A stretch of 64,000 nt of DNA from Microcoleus sp. (GTDB lineage Bacteria; Cyanobacteriota; Cyanobacteriia; Cyanobacteriales; Microcoleaceae): contig CP181291.1 of assembly GCA_052279835.1 (NCBI GenBank), positions 576,001 to 640,000 of the forward strand, read 5' to 3'. A program made the position numbers and the translations under genes. The notes under the pieces were generated by a model that saw nothing but the letters and a program-made list of their open reading frames with translations, ran no database searches and was not told the origin of the DNA. This document shows positions 51,316 to 60,111 of this stretch, one piece after another (position 1 is the first letter of the stretch; every line of letters starts with the position of its first letter).

Positions 51316-53567
51316 GCGATGGTCTCCGCTGCCAGAGTGAAATAAAACGTACTGCCTTGACCAGGGGTAGATTCAAGCCAAATCCTGCCCCCGTGCCGCT
51401 CCACAATTTTGCGGGCAATCGTTAACCCTACCCCTGTGCCGCCACCGAAGTCATCTCGTCCATGCAAGCGACGAAAAATCTGAAAGATTTTGTCGAGATG
51501 CTGCTGCAATATCCCAATGCCATTATCACGCACGTAGAAGGTCAGGGGGTAAAGGTCAGAATTTTCTTCATTCCCGGAGATGAAACCAATTTCGATCCAC
51601 TTGGATGCTTTGTCGTTGTATTTAATCGCGTTGCTGATCAAGTTGGTCAAGAGTTCATTCACCTGAGCCAGATCGCCCTTAATGGTGGGCAATGGTTGGG
51701 GAATCCGAAACTCGATTGCGTTTTCTGGGCGGGCAATAGTCAGGGTGGCGATCGTCTGATGCACCAACTCATCCAAATTCACCGTTTGCCGCATCAGTTC
51801 GGTGCGACCTAACCGCGAGAAATAGAGGAGTGAATTGATCAGGTCTTCCATCCGCTGAGTCAGCCGCACCATAGTTTGCAGTTTCGCAACCCCATCGTCG
51901 TCGAGCACTTCTTCATAGTCCTCCATCAAGAAATTGGCGTAGTTGTGAATGCCCCGCAGCGGCTCTTTCAGATCGTGGGAGGCAATGTAGGCAAACGAGT
52001 CAAGGTCTTCATTGCTCCGCTGCAATTCAAAGTTCATCAATGACAGTTCATCTGCTTGCCGCAACACCACACCCACAATCAGGCTTCGCAGTTCAGCCAC
52101 GGCTTCAATTTCACAGGGTTTCCAGGGCAGAGCACAGCCTTGCACCGTTTCTTGCCACAAGTCAAAGGATAGTCGCGGAGACATCCGCAAACTGCCATCC
52201 ACCGAAACTTCTACAGGCTTGTTAGGGTTGCCGCCCCAATTCACGGTTTGCATCACCTCGGGACGAAACCAGAGAATGTAATTGCGGTGAACTTTAGAAA
52301 TTTCTAGAGCTAACACGCCACTGGCGATCGCCTTAAACGATTCGGCAGCAGGATAGTGTTTAGAGAGCGATCGGGTTTCAAACAAGCTGTGATGCAATTG
52401 AGGTTTAATCCAATCGAGTAAGGCGTGAACTGCTTCCTCTGATGGCGAAACGCCCACTTGAACATACTGGTTGCCAATGCAAATCACCACTCCGGTGGCA
52501 TTTACCAGATTCAGTAGTTGAGATTTCAGTTGCACCATTCCATCCAGCAAATTCTCAGCCTGAGACAATGCCTCGACAAATTGAGTTTGCAAAGACTTCA
52601 ATTGCATTTTGTAGTCAATGTCCTCGCTGGCTGCTTTGTTCGTTAGCTCCACAGACATCACCTGCCCAATAAACTCGCAAACAGTGCGGATATTGTAAGG
52701 AACATATTTAGGCGACAAATGATGGCAGGCGATCAATCCCCAGAGCTTTTGATCGTGCATTAGAGAAATGGACATAGAAGCATCCACGCCCATATTTTGC
52801 AGGTACTCTAGATGAAGTGGCGACACACTTCGCAACACCGACAAACTCAAATCGAGCGGTTGATTAGTCAAGGGATTGGTAGCTGGAATTAACGTAACGG
52901 GCTGGTAGCTGGTAGTTGGAATCAGCCGCAGCCAGTTGAGCGTATAGAGATGTCTGGCTTGCTTAGGAATGTCAGAGGCTGGGTAGTGCAAATTCAGGTA
53001 GGACGTTTCTTGATTGGTGTCTTCAGCAATGACACTGCCTGCCCCGTCTGGAGCGAATCGGTAAACCATGACGCGATCGAAGCCAGTGATCCGCCGGACT
53101 TCCTTAACCACTATCTGGGACATATCCAGCAACGTGGGTGCTTTTTGAATCCGAGTAATTGTTCCTTTTACCTGTTGATAAAATTCAAAAAAGTCTGTTT
53201 TTCTCTTCGCTTTTTTCGGCTCCAATTCTAGTACAATGGCAGCCTCTAAACGATGCACAATCCCATCAAAATAGATCGATTTATTCAGCGACTTGATCGA
53301 CAGGTTGAGGGGATTGATGTGCTCAAAATCCTCTGCCAGACATTGTTGAATCAGCTTAATCTGCTTGGCATCCAGTAAGTCTGACAGCGGCTGGCCCAGC
53401 AAATCCTCCGGTTGGCGACCCATGACTGCTTCGGTATTGCGGCTCACCTGAACGATTTCTAGGGTGGGATTCTGCAAAACCAGCAAAACCCCGTGCGGCT
53501 GAATCAGCCCTGGAATATGAATCGGTTCGCGATCGCAGTTAGTCAAATCAATTGTCACATCAGTCAT
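51312..53567 (-). CDS. cphB: Bacteriophytochrome-type photoreceptor kinase (PAS-GAF-PHY-HK), CphB/AphB-like
   Basis: N-terminal LTNCDREPIH Cys; PASDIP; LRSVSPLH without the GAF Cys; PRLSF tongue; ASHDLKEP. Confidence 0.88.
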   Translation of the reverse strand: MTDVTIDLTNCDREPIHIPGLIQPHGVLLVLQNPTLEIVQVSRNTEAVMGRQPEDLLGQPLSDLLDAKQIKLIQQCLAEDFEHINPLNLSIKSLNKSIYFDGIVHRLEAAIVLELEPKKAKRKTDFFEFYQQVKGTITRIQKAPTLLDMSQIVVKEVRRITGFDRVMVYRFAPDGAGSVIAEDTNQETSYLNLHYPASDIPKQARHLYTLNWLRLIPTTSYQPVTLIPATNPLTNQPLDLSLSVLRSVSPLHLEYLQNMGVDASMSISLMHDQKLWGLIACHHLSPKYVPYNIRTVCEFIGQVMSVELTNKAASEDIDYKMQLKSLQTQFVEALSQAENLLDGMVQLKSQLLNLVNATGVVICIGNQYVQVGVSPSEEAVHALLDWIKPQLHHSLFETRSLSKHYPAAESFKAIASGVLALEISKVHRNYILWFRPEVMQTVNWGGNPNKPVEVSVDGSLRMSPRLSFDLWQETVQGCALPWKPCEIEAVAELRSLIVGVVLRQADELSLMNFELQRSNEDLDSFAYIASHDLKEPLRGIHNYANFLMEDYEEVLDDDGVAKLQTMVRLTQRMEDLINSLLYFSRLGRTELMRQTVNLDELVHQTIATLTIARPENAIEFRIPQPLPTIKGDLAQVNELLTNLISNAIKYNDKASKWIEIGFISGNEENSDLYPLTFYVRDNGIGILQQHLDKIFQIFRRLHGRDDFGGGTGVGLTIARKIVERHGGRIWLESTPGQGSTFYFTLAAETIA

Positions 53568-53706
53568 GCTCAGGCTCTCGAACTCCTTATTCTTTTGATT
53601 GTGATTGTTTTGATGGCGCGGCCCGTGGAAATCGCGATCGAGTAAATACAGTGTATCGCAGGTTTATAAAGTAAGGACTTCATCAACCTGCAATACGGGA
53701 GCATCC

Positions 53707-53851
53707 CAGGGCTGTTTCATTCTCAAGAAAACGATGCTTTTGTAGGGGTAGTGCCAAGAATGCCTACCCTCCCCATCCACAATTTTGTAAGTGTTTCAGA
53801 GATTGGGGCAGCCACGGGGGGCGGCCCCTACAAGAGAATGAAACAGCCCTG
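53707..53851. mobile_element. 145-bp MITE-like element containing GTAG REP-like hairpins
   Basis: Perfect 18-bp TIR CAGGGCTGTTTCATTCTC / GAGAATGAAACAGCCCTG; internal TGTAGGGG and CCCCTACA. Confidence 0.8.
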
Positions 53852-53971
53852 CGTTGGGGGGGGTGCGGAATCTGGGTTGAAACAGCCGATCGACCTCCAA
53901 AATTTGAGATAAGTTATAGGTTATGGGTCAGAGCCGGTTTTATTCTATTGATTGTCTGTAAATCGCACCTT

Positions 53972-56782
53972 ATGCTCTGGAATTTTTTAAATAACCTGTT
54001 ATTCACCGGGAAGTATATTCCTCATGGCCACTGTTACCTGTGGCAGCGAGATTTAGTTGGACTCCACATAGTCTCTGATTCGCTGATTGCCTTCGCCTAT
54101 TACTCCATACCTCTATCGCTGCTTTATTTTGTCCACCAGCGACAAGACTTGCCCTTTCGTAACATTTTTTGGCTGTTTGGAGCCTTTATTATCTCCTGCG
54201 GCACTACTCATGTGATGGCAGTTTGGACGCTGTGGTATCCTGTTTATTGGCTGTTTGGCATCTTGAAACTGATTACCGCAGCTATTTCTGTTTACACCGC
54301 TTTCATATTAATTCCTTTAATTCCCCAAGCATTAGCTCTCCCCAGTCCCACTCAATTAGAGATAATTAATCACAGACTGGGAATAGAAATAGCTGAACGT
54401 CGAAAAAGTGAAGCTAGGTATCAAATTTTAGCTGAAGTTTCGCCGGTGGGAATATTTTATACTGATACTTTAGGAAATTGTTTATACGTCAACGAACGCT
54501 GGTGTCAAATTGCTGGAATTAGCTGCGAAGAAGCTTTCGGAACAGGGTGGGTGAAAAGTATTCATGCTGACGACCGTCAGCGCGTTTTTAGTGAATGGTA
54601 TCGGGCTGCCCAGGAGAAATTGCCCTTTAAATCTGAGTACCGTTTTCAAAATCTTGATAACGATAGTGTCCGGTGGGTATTTGGTCAAGCTGTCGGGCAA
54701 ATCGACGAGAATGGGGAGGTTAAAGGTTATGTTGGTACTATTACCGATCTTACAGAACGCAAGCAAGTAGAAGAGGAAAATCGACTGCTAAATGAAAGTT
54801 TGGAGCGTCGAGTTGCTCAGCGCACTAATGAGATAGAAATTGCCAACAAACAATTGCAAATAGAAATCGCAGAACGTCAACAAATATCTACAGCTTTGTT
54901 GGAATTAACCCAACTACAAAAGGCGATTCTTAACAGTGCTAATTACACAATTATTTCCACAGATGCCGACGGTGTAATTAAAACATTTAATCGGGCAGCT
55001 CAGCAACTTTTAGGCTATTCCCTAGAGGAAGTTGTGGGTAAATTAACACCAGCAATAATTCACGATCCTGTGGAGGTGGAGCAGAGAGCTGAAGTTCTTT
55101 CTCAAGAATTGGGAGTAAAAATAGAGCCGGGATTTGAGGTTTTTGTGACCTTGCCCATTCGGGGAATAGCTGACGAGAATGAATGGACTTATATTCGCAA
55201 AGACGGTTCGCGGTTTCCGGTGCTGCTATCGGTTACTGCTTTATCAGACAGCCAGGGAAATATTAACGGTTTTTTGGGCATTGGTCAGGATATTACTGCA
55301 CGCAAGCAAGCTGAAAAAGAGGTGCGGGAACTGAATACTGCTATGCAAAATGCCGTGGAAGGTATTGGGAGGGTGGATACTGAGGGACGCTACTTGAGTG
55401 TTAACCGCGCTTACGCTCATAAATTTGGCTACGAACCCGAAGAAATGATTGGGATGGCATGGAACCAGATTGTACATCCTGACGATGTTGAGATGTTGAT
55501 GTTAGCCGATCGGGAAATGCGAATTTCTGGCAAAGTAGAAGTTGAATCTAGAGGTGTGCGGAAAGATGGCTTGTTTTTTTACAACCAAATCACGATAGTA
55601 AAAGCTGAGGACGAAGAAGGTATCTTTAACGGACACCACTGTTTTATGAAAGATATCACTGAGCGGAAACTAACGGAAAGAGCGTTACAGGAAAGTGAAT
55701 TTCGATACAGACAAATAGTGGAATTAGCTGAAGAAGGTATTTGGGTAATTGACAGCAATGCTCGCACCACTTACGTCAACCACGCTATGGCGCGAATGCT
55801 CGGCTATGAAGAATTAGAAATGTTGGGAAGGCCGCTTTTTGATTTCATGGACGAACAGGAACAACAGCTAACTAGCCTATATATGGAGCGGCGCAAACAG
55901 GGAATTAGTGAAAAACACGAATCTAAGCTTAAGAGTAAGGATGGTAAAGATGTTTGGACTTATATTTCTACCAGTCCAGTTATGGATGAATTGGGTTGTA
56001 TGCTGTCTTCCTGTGCCTTGGTTTACAATATTACAGACCGCAAAGAAGTAGAGCAGCAAATGCTGCAAATTACAGAAGATTTGAAGCGTTCTAACGAGGA
56101 ATTAGAACAATTTGCTTATGTGGCTTCCCACGATTTACAAGAACCTCTAAGAGCTGTTACCAGTTACACTCAATTATTGGCCCAGCGCTATCAAGGTAAT
56201 TTGGATGCTAAAGCAGATAAATATATTAATCATATTGTTGATGGTGCCTCCCGAATGCAACAATTAATTAATGATTTGTTAGCTTATTCGAGATTGGGAA
56301 CTAGGGCTCAGGAATTAGAGATTGCTGACTGCAACGCTGCGGTGGAGCAAAGTTTGTGCAATTTGCAAATTGCGATCGCCGAAAAGCAAGCTATTATTAC
56401 CAAGGATGTGATGCCCACGGTGATGGCAGATGAATTTCAACTGGTGCAATTATTCCAAAATTTGATCGGTAATGCCATCAAATTCTGCCGCGAAGATGTC
56501 CCTATAATTCATATTGCTGCTATTATACAAGATGATGAATGGCTGTTCAGTGTCCGCGATAACGGGATTGGCATCGATCCAGAGTATGCCGATCGCATTT
56601 TTATCATTTTTGGGCGCTTGCACTCCCGTCGCGAATATTTAGGTACTGGCATAGGTTTGGCAATGTGTAAGCGAATTGTTGAACGCCACGGCGGACGGAT
56701 CTGGGTTGAGTCTTTGCCGGAAGAAGGCGCTACTTTTTACTTTACTATTCCGATCGTTAACAGTTGCAACATCAAATTTTGA
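53972..56782 (+). CDS. Ethylene-receptor-like membrane histidine kinase with four PAS domains
   Basis: PHGHCYLW, SD.LIA.AY.SIP, FGAFII.CG.TH; PAS/PAC repeats; ASHDLQEP kinase core. Confidence 0.88.
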   Translation: MLWNFLNNLLFTGKYIPHGHCYLWQRDLVGLHIVSDSLIAFAYYSIPLSLLYFVHQRQDLPFRNIFWLFGAFIISCGTTHVMAVWTLWYPVYWLFGILKLITAAISVYTAFILIPLIPQALALPSPTQLEIINHRLGIEIAERRKSEARYQILAEVSPVGIFYTDTLGNCLYVNERWCQIAGISCEEAFGTGWVKSIHADDRQRVFSEWYRAAQEKLPFKSEYRFQNLDNDSVRWVFGQAVGQIDENGEVKGYVGTITDLTERKQVEEENRLLNESLERRVAQRTNEIEIANKQLQIEIAERQQISTALLELTQLQKAILNSANYTIISTDADGVIKTFNRAAQQLLGYSLEEVVGKLTPAIIHDPVEVEQRAEVLSQELGVKIEPGFEVFVTLPIRGIADENEWTYIRKDGSRFPVLLSVTALSDSQGNINGFLGIGQDITARKQAEKEVRELNTAMQNAVEGIGRVDTEGRYLSVNRAYAHKFGYEPEEMIGMAWNQIVHPDDVEMLMLADREMRISGKVEVESRGVRKDGLFFYNQITIVKAEDEEGIFNGHHCFMKDITERKLTERALQESEFRYRQIVELAEEGIWVIDSNARTTYVNHAMARMLGYEELEMLGRPLFDFMDEQEQQLTSLYMERRKQGISEKHESKLKSKDGKDVWTYISTSPVMDELGCMLSSCALVYNITDRKEVEQQMLQITEDLKRSNEELEQFAYVASHDLQEPLRAVTSYTQLLAQRYQGNLDAKADKYINHIVDGASRMQQLINDLLAYSRLGTRAQELEIADCNAAVEQSLCNLQIAIAEKQAIITKDVMPTVMADEFQLVQLFQNLIGNAIKFCREDVPIIHIAAIIQDDEWLFSVRDNGIGIDPEYADRIFIIFGRLHSRREYLGTGIGLAMCKRIVERHGGRIWVESLPEEGATFYFTIPIVNSCNIKF

Positions 56783-56818
56783 ATATTTTTTTTAGATCGT
56801 CATCAGGATAAGCAAATT

Positions 56819-57265
56819 ATGACTCCTCATACCCAAGTTAAACCCATAGAAATTTTGTTGGTTGAAGATTCTCCCAGTGATGCTGACTTGGCAATGGAAG
56901 CCCTCAGCAACGGTAAAATTTTAAATAACTTGCATTTTGTCGAAGATGGAGTAGAAGCCATCAATTTTTTACGAAAAAAAGCACCTTACAAGGAAGTACC
57001 GCGTCCCGACTTAATTTTGCTGGATTTGAATTTGCCTAAAAAAAGCGGTGTAGAAGTCCTGAAAGAAATTAAGACAGACCCAAATTTAAAACTGATTCCA
57101 GTATTGATTCTCACCACTTCAGCAGCCCAAGAGGATATTATCAAGTCCTACTCGCTCCATGCCAACTGTTATATTACAAAACCAGTAGATTTCTTACAAT
57201 TTACTAAGGTAGTTAGGTTAATTGAGGAGTTCTGGCTAGCAGTAGTCAAACTTCCTATCGTTTAA
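56819..57265 (+). CDS. Single-domain response regulator (Rcp1-like)
   Basis: ILLVEDS, LLDLNLP, LTTS, ITKP, FWL. Confidence 0.9.
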   Translation: MTPHTQVKPIEILLVEDSPSDADLAMEALSNGKILNNLHFVEDGVEAINFLRKKAPYKEVPRPDLILLDLNLPKKSGVEVLKEIKTDPNLKLIPVLILTTSAAQEDIIKSYSLHANCYITKPVDFLQFTKVVRLIEEFWLAVVKLPIV

Positions 57266-57400
57266 TGGATAGAATAGTTATCGGGGTGGTGTAGACCCTT
57301 GCCAAACTCTATTTTTCAAGTTACAAATAGAAGGAGAAAGCAAAATAGTTTAAGATCGTATTTGCCCCGTGGCAATCTGAGGATAAATAACATCAAAGCT

Positions 57401-58909
57401 ATGTGGATTAAGATTCTGTTGGTAGAAGACAATCCGACTGACGCTGATTTGCTTGCAGAACTGTTAGAAGCATCTGTAGGAGTGGAGTGGGAACTGGTGT
57501 GCGTTGAGTTCCTACACTCGGCGATCGCACATCTGAGCAAACAATCTTTCGATCTAGTTTTGCTCGACCTTTCTTTGCCCGATAGCCACGGTTTGGAAAC
57601 CCTAACTCGCTTGCGAGAAGTGGCACCGGATACGGCAGTGGTGGTAATGACAGGGTGGGATGATGAGGCCGTTGGACTCAAGTCTGTGCGCTTGGGCGCT
57701 CAAGATTACATAGTCAAAGGTCAAATTACTACTCAATTGTTAGTGCGCACAATCCGTTACGCTATTGAACGTTCCCAAACTTTTCAAATGCTCAGGGAAA
57801 GCGAGCGACGTTTTCGGGCAATTTTTGACTCCTCATTTCAACTGACAAAGCTACTAACTCCCGATGGAATTGTGCTGGAAGTTAACGAAACAGCTCTGGA
57901 GTTTACAGGAATGCGATCGCAAAATATTGTGGGCTACCCCATTTGGGAACAGCCGATTTGGCAACAGTCACCCAATGCTAAAGAACAATTAAAAGAAGGA
58001 ATCACCAAAGCTGCTGGCGGCGAATTTTTTCGCAAAGAAATAGACTTGTTAGGAAAAGGCGACCAAATTGTGACGGTTGATTTCTCCATCAAGCCAGTCA
58101 AAAATGACACAGGACAAGTTTTGCTGCTGATTGCTGAAGGACGGGATATTAGCGATCGCAAGCGAGCTGAAGCCGAAATTCTCAAAACCCTGGCACGAGA
58201 AAAGGAACTTTCAGAACTCAGAGCTAAATTTGTGAGCATGGTTTCCCATGAGTTTCGCACCCCCCTGACAACTATCCAATTTTCCGCTGGATTGCTACAA
58301 GATTACAGCTCAAATTGGTCGAGCGAGAAAAAATCGACTCATTTTGTGCGGATTCAACTAGCGATTCAACGCATGACAGAGTTATTAGAAGATATCCTAG
58401 TAGTAGGTAAAATCGAAGCCAATACACTACAGTTTCAACCAGTTTCCTTAAACCTGGAAAAATTTTGCCGTCAGATTATAGAAGAACAACAACTCAATGA
58501 TAGCAACCAACACCCCATCGCCTTGATTGTCTCCGGCGACAACACCAAAGCTCAAATGGATGAAAAACTACTCAGGCAAATATTGGGAAATTTACTCTCA
58601 AATGCCCTCAAGTATTCTCCAGCCGGAACCTCAGTAGATTTACACCTAAAAACTCAAAATGGAGAAGTTATTTTTCAAATTCAAGACCGAGGAATCGGGA
58701 TTCCCAAATCCGATCAAAAGCGAATTTGGGAAACATTTTATCGCGCTACAAATGTGGGCAATATTTCGGGAACAGGTCTCGGTTTAGCAATTGTCAAAAG
58801 AGCTGTAGAACTCCACGGTGGACAGATTTCCATGCACAGTCAAAAAGGGAAAGGTACAACTTTAAAAATCACCCTACCTTTAATTTGTAATTCTGCCCAA
58901 AATAGCTAA
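57401..58909 (+). CDS. REC-PAS histidine kinase
   Basis: ILLVED REC, PAS, SHEFRTP, NALKYS, GTGLGL; ATG 57401. Confidence 0.88.
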   Translation: MWIKILLVEDNPTDADLLAELLEASVGVEWELVCVEFLHSAIAHLSKQSFDLVLLDLSLPDSHGLETLTRLREVAPDTAVVVMTGWDDEAVGLKSVRLGAQDYIVKGQITTQLLVRTIRYAIERSQTFQMLRESERRFRAIFDSSFQLTKLLTPDGIVLEVNETALEFTGMRSQNIVGYPIWEQPIWQQSPNAKEQLKEGITKAAGGEFFRKEIDLLGKGDQIVTVDFSIKPVKNDTGQVLLLIAEGRDISDRKRAEAEILKTLAREKELSELRAKFVSMVSHEFRTPLTTIQFSAGLLQDYSSNWSSEKKSTHFVRIQLAIQRMTELLEDILVVGKIEANTLQFQPVSLNLEKFCRQIIEEQQLNDSNQHPIALIVSGDNTKAQMDEKLLRQILGNLLSNALKYSPAGTSVDLHLKTQNGEVIFQIQDRGIGIPKSDQKRIWETFYRATNVGNISGTGLGLAIVKRAVELHGGQISMHSQKGKGTTLKITLPLICNSAQNS

Positions 58910-59000
58910 TTACTCCGTGGTAAAAATCTTCAAAAAACACACAATTTAAAAACCGGATAAATTCAGAAATTAACTACAATAAATCACCGCATAAATAACT

Positions 59001-60089
59001 ATGGCAAAAATTTTGGTAATTGAAGACGAAGCAGCGATTAGAGAAAATATTTTAGACTTGCTAGAAGCCGAGAATTTTGTATCCCTAGGAGCTGCTAACG
59101 GCAAAGTCGGTATCAAAATGGCGCTCGAACATATGCCGGACTTAATTTTGTGCGACATGATGATGCCAGAAATTGACGGTCACGGTGTCCTCAAAGCATT
59201 GCGAGCAGAGCCTTTAACTACAACAATTCCGTTTATTTTTCTCACAGCCAAAGCTGAAAAAACAGACATTCGCCTAGGGATGGAACTGGGAGCTGACGAT
59301 TACATAACCAAACCTTGTACGCCACAACAACTGCTAAAAGCTGTTGCGATTAGACTGGAAAAACACAAAGCAATTAGCAGTCAATCCCAAAAAAAACTTG
59401 ACGATTTACGTTCCAATATTAGTACGTCCTTACCTCACGAATTGCGCACTCCTTTGAATGCAATTCTCGGTTTTTCTGAACTGATATTGTCGGAATATAA
59501 GGTTTTTGAGGAATCGGATATTTTAGAAATGATCGGTCACATCCAAATTTCCGGCCATCGCTTGTACCGACTAATTCAGAATTTTTTGCTATATACAGAT
59601 CTGGAAATAGCAGCAACCAATCCCGAATTAATTAAGGAGATGCGAAACAGCAAATTTAGCTGCGTAGAATCTTTGCTATCGGAAAAAGCGCGCCAGCAAG
59701 CAAAGCTGGCTAATAGAATAGACGATTTAAAATTAAGCTTGCAAAATTCATCGGTAGCAATAGATTCTGTGAAGCTGACAAAAGTTCTTGAGGAACTCCT
59801 GGACAATGCGTTCAAATTTTCTTCCGAAGGAACACCAGTTTTGGTGAGTGTTTGGGTGGAAAATCAGAAGTTCATTCTGTCGGTGAAAGACGAAGGACGG
59901 GGTATGACTTCCGAGCAAATTTCACAAATCGAAGCTTATATGCAATTCGAGCGCCAACTTTACCAACAAGCAGGTTTGGGATTAGGTTTGGCAATTGTGA
60001 AACGGATTACAGAATTACATGGCGGAAACTTAAAAATAGAAAGTTCCCCGAATTTATCAACCATAGTCTCTGTATGTCTGCCCGTTTAA
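59001..60089 (+). CDS. REC-histidine kinase hybrid
   Basis: ILVIED REC, PHELRTP, NAFKFS, DEGRG, GLGLGL. Confidence 0.88.
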   Translation: MAKILVIEDEAAIRENILDLLEAENFVSLGAANGKVGIKMALEHMPDLILCDMMMPEIDGHGVLKALRAEPLTTTIPFIFLTAKAEKTDIRLGMELGADDYITKPCTPQQLLKAVAIRLEKHKAISSQSQKKLDDLRSNISTSLPHELRTPLNAILGFSELILSEYKVFEESDILEMIGHIQISGHRLYRLIQNFLLYTDLEIAATNPELIKEMRNSKFSCVESLLSEKARQQAKLANRIDDLKLSLQNSSVAIDSVKLTKVLEELLDNAFKFSSEGTPVLVSVWVENQKFILSVKDEGRGMTSEQISQIEAYMQFERQLYQQAGLGLGLAIVKRITELHGGNLKIESSPNLSTIVSVCLPV

Positions 60090-60111
60090 ATAGAATACAG
60101 CCTTGCTTGAG

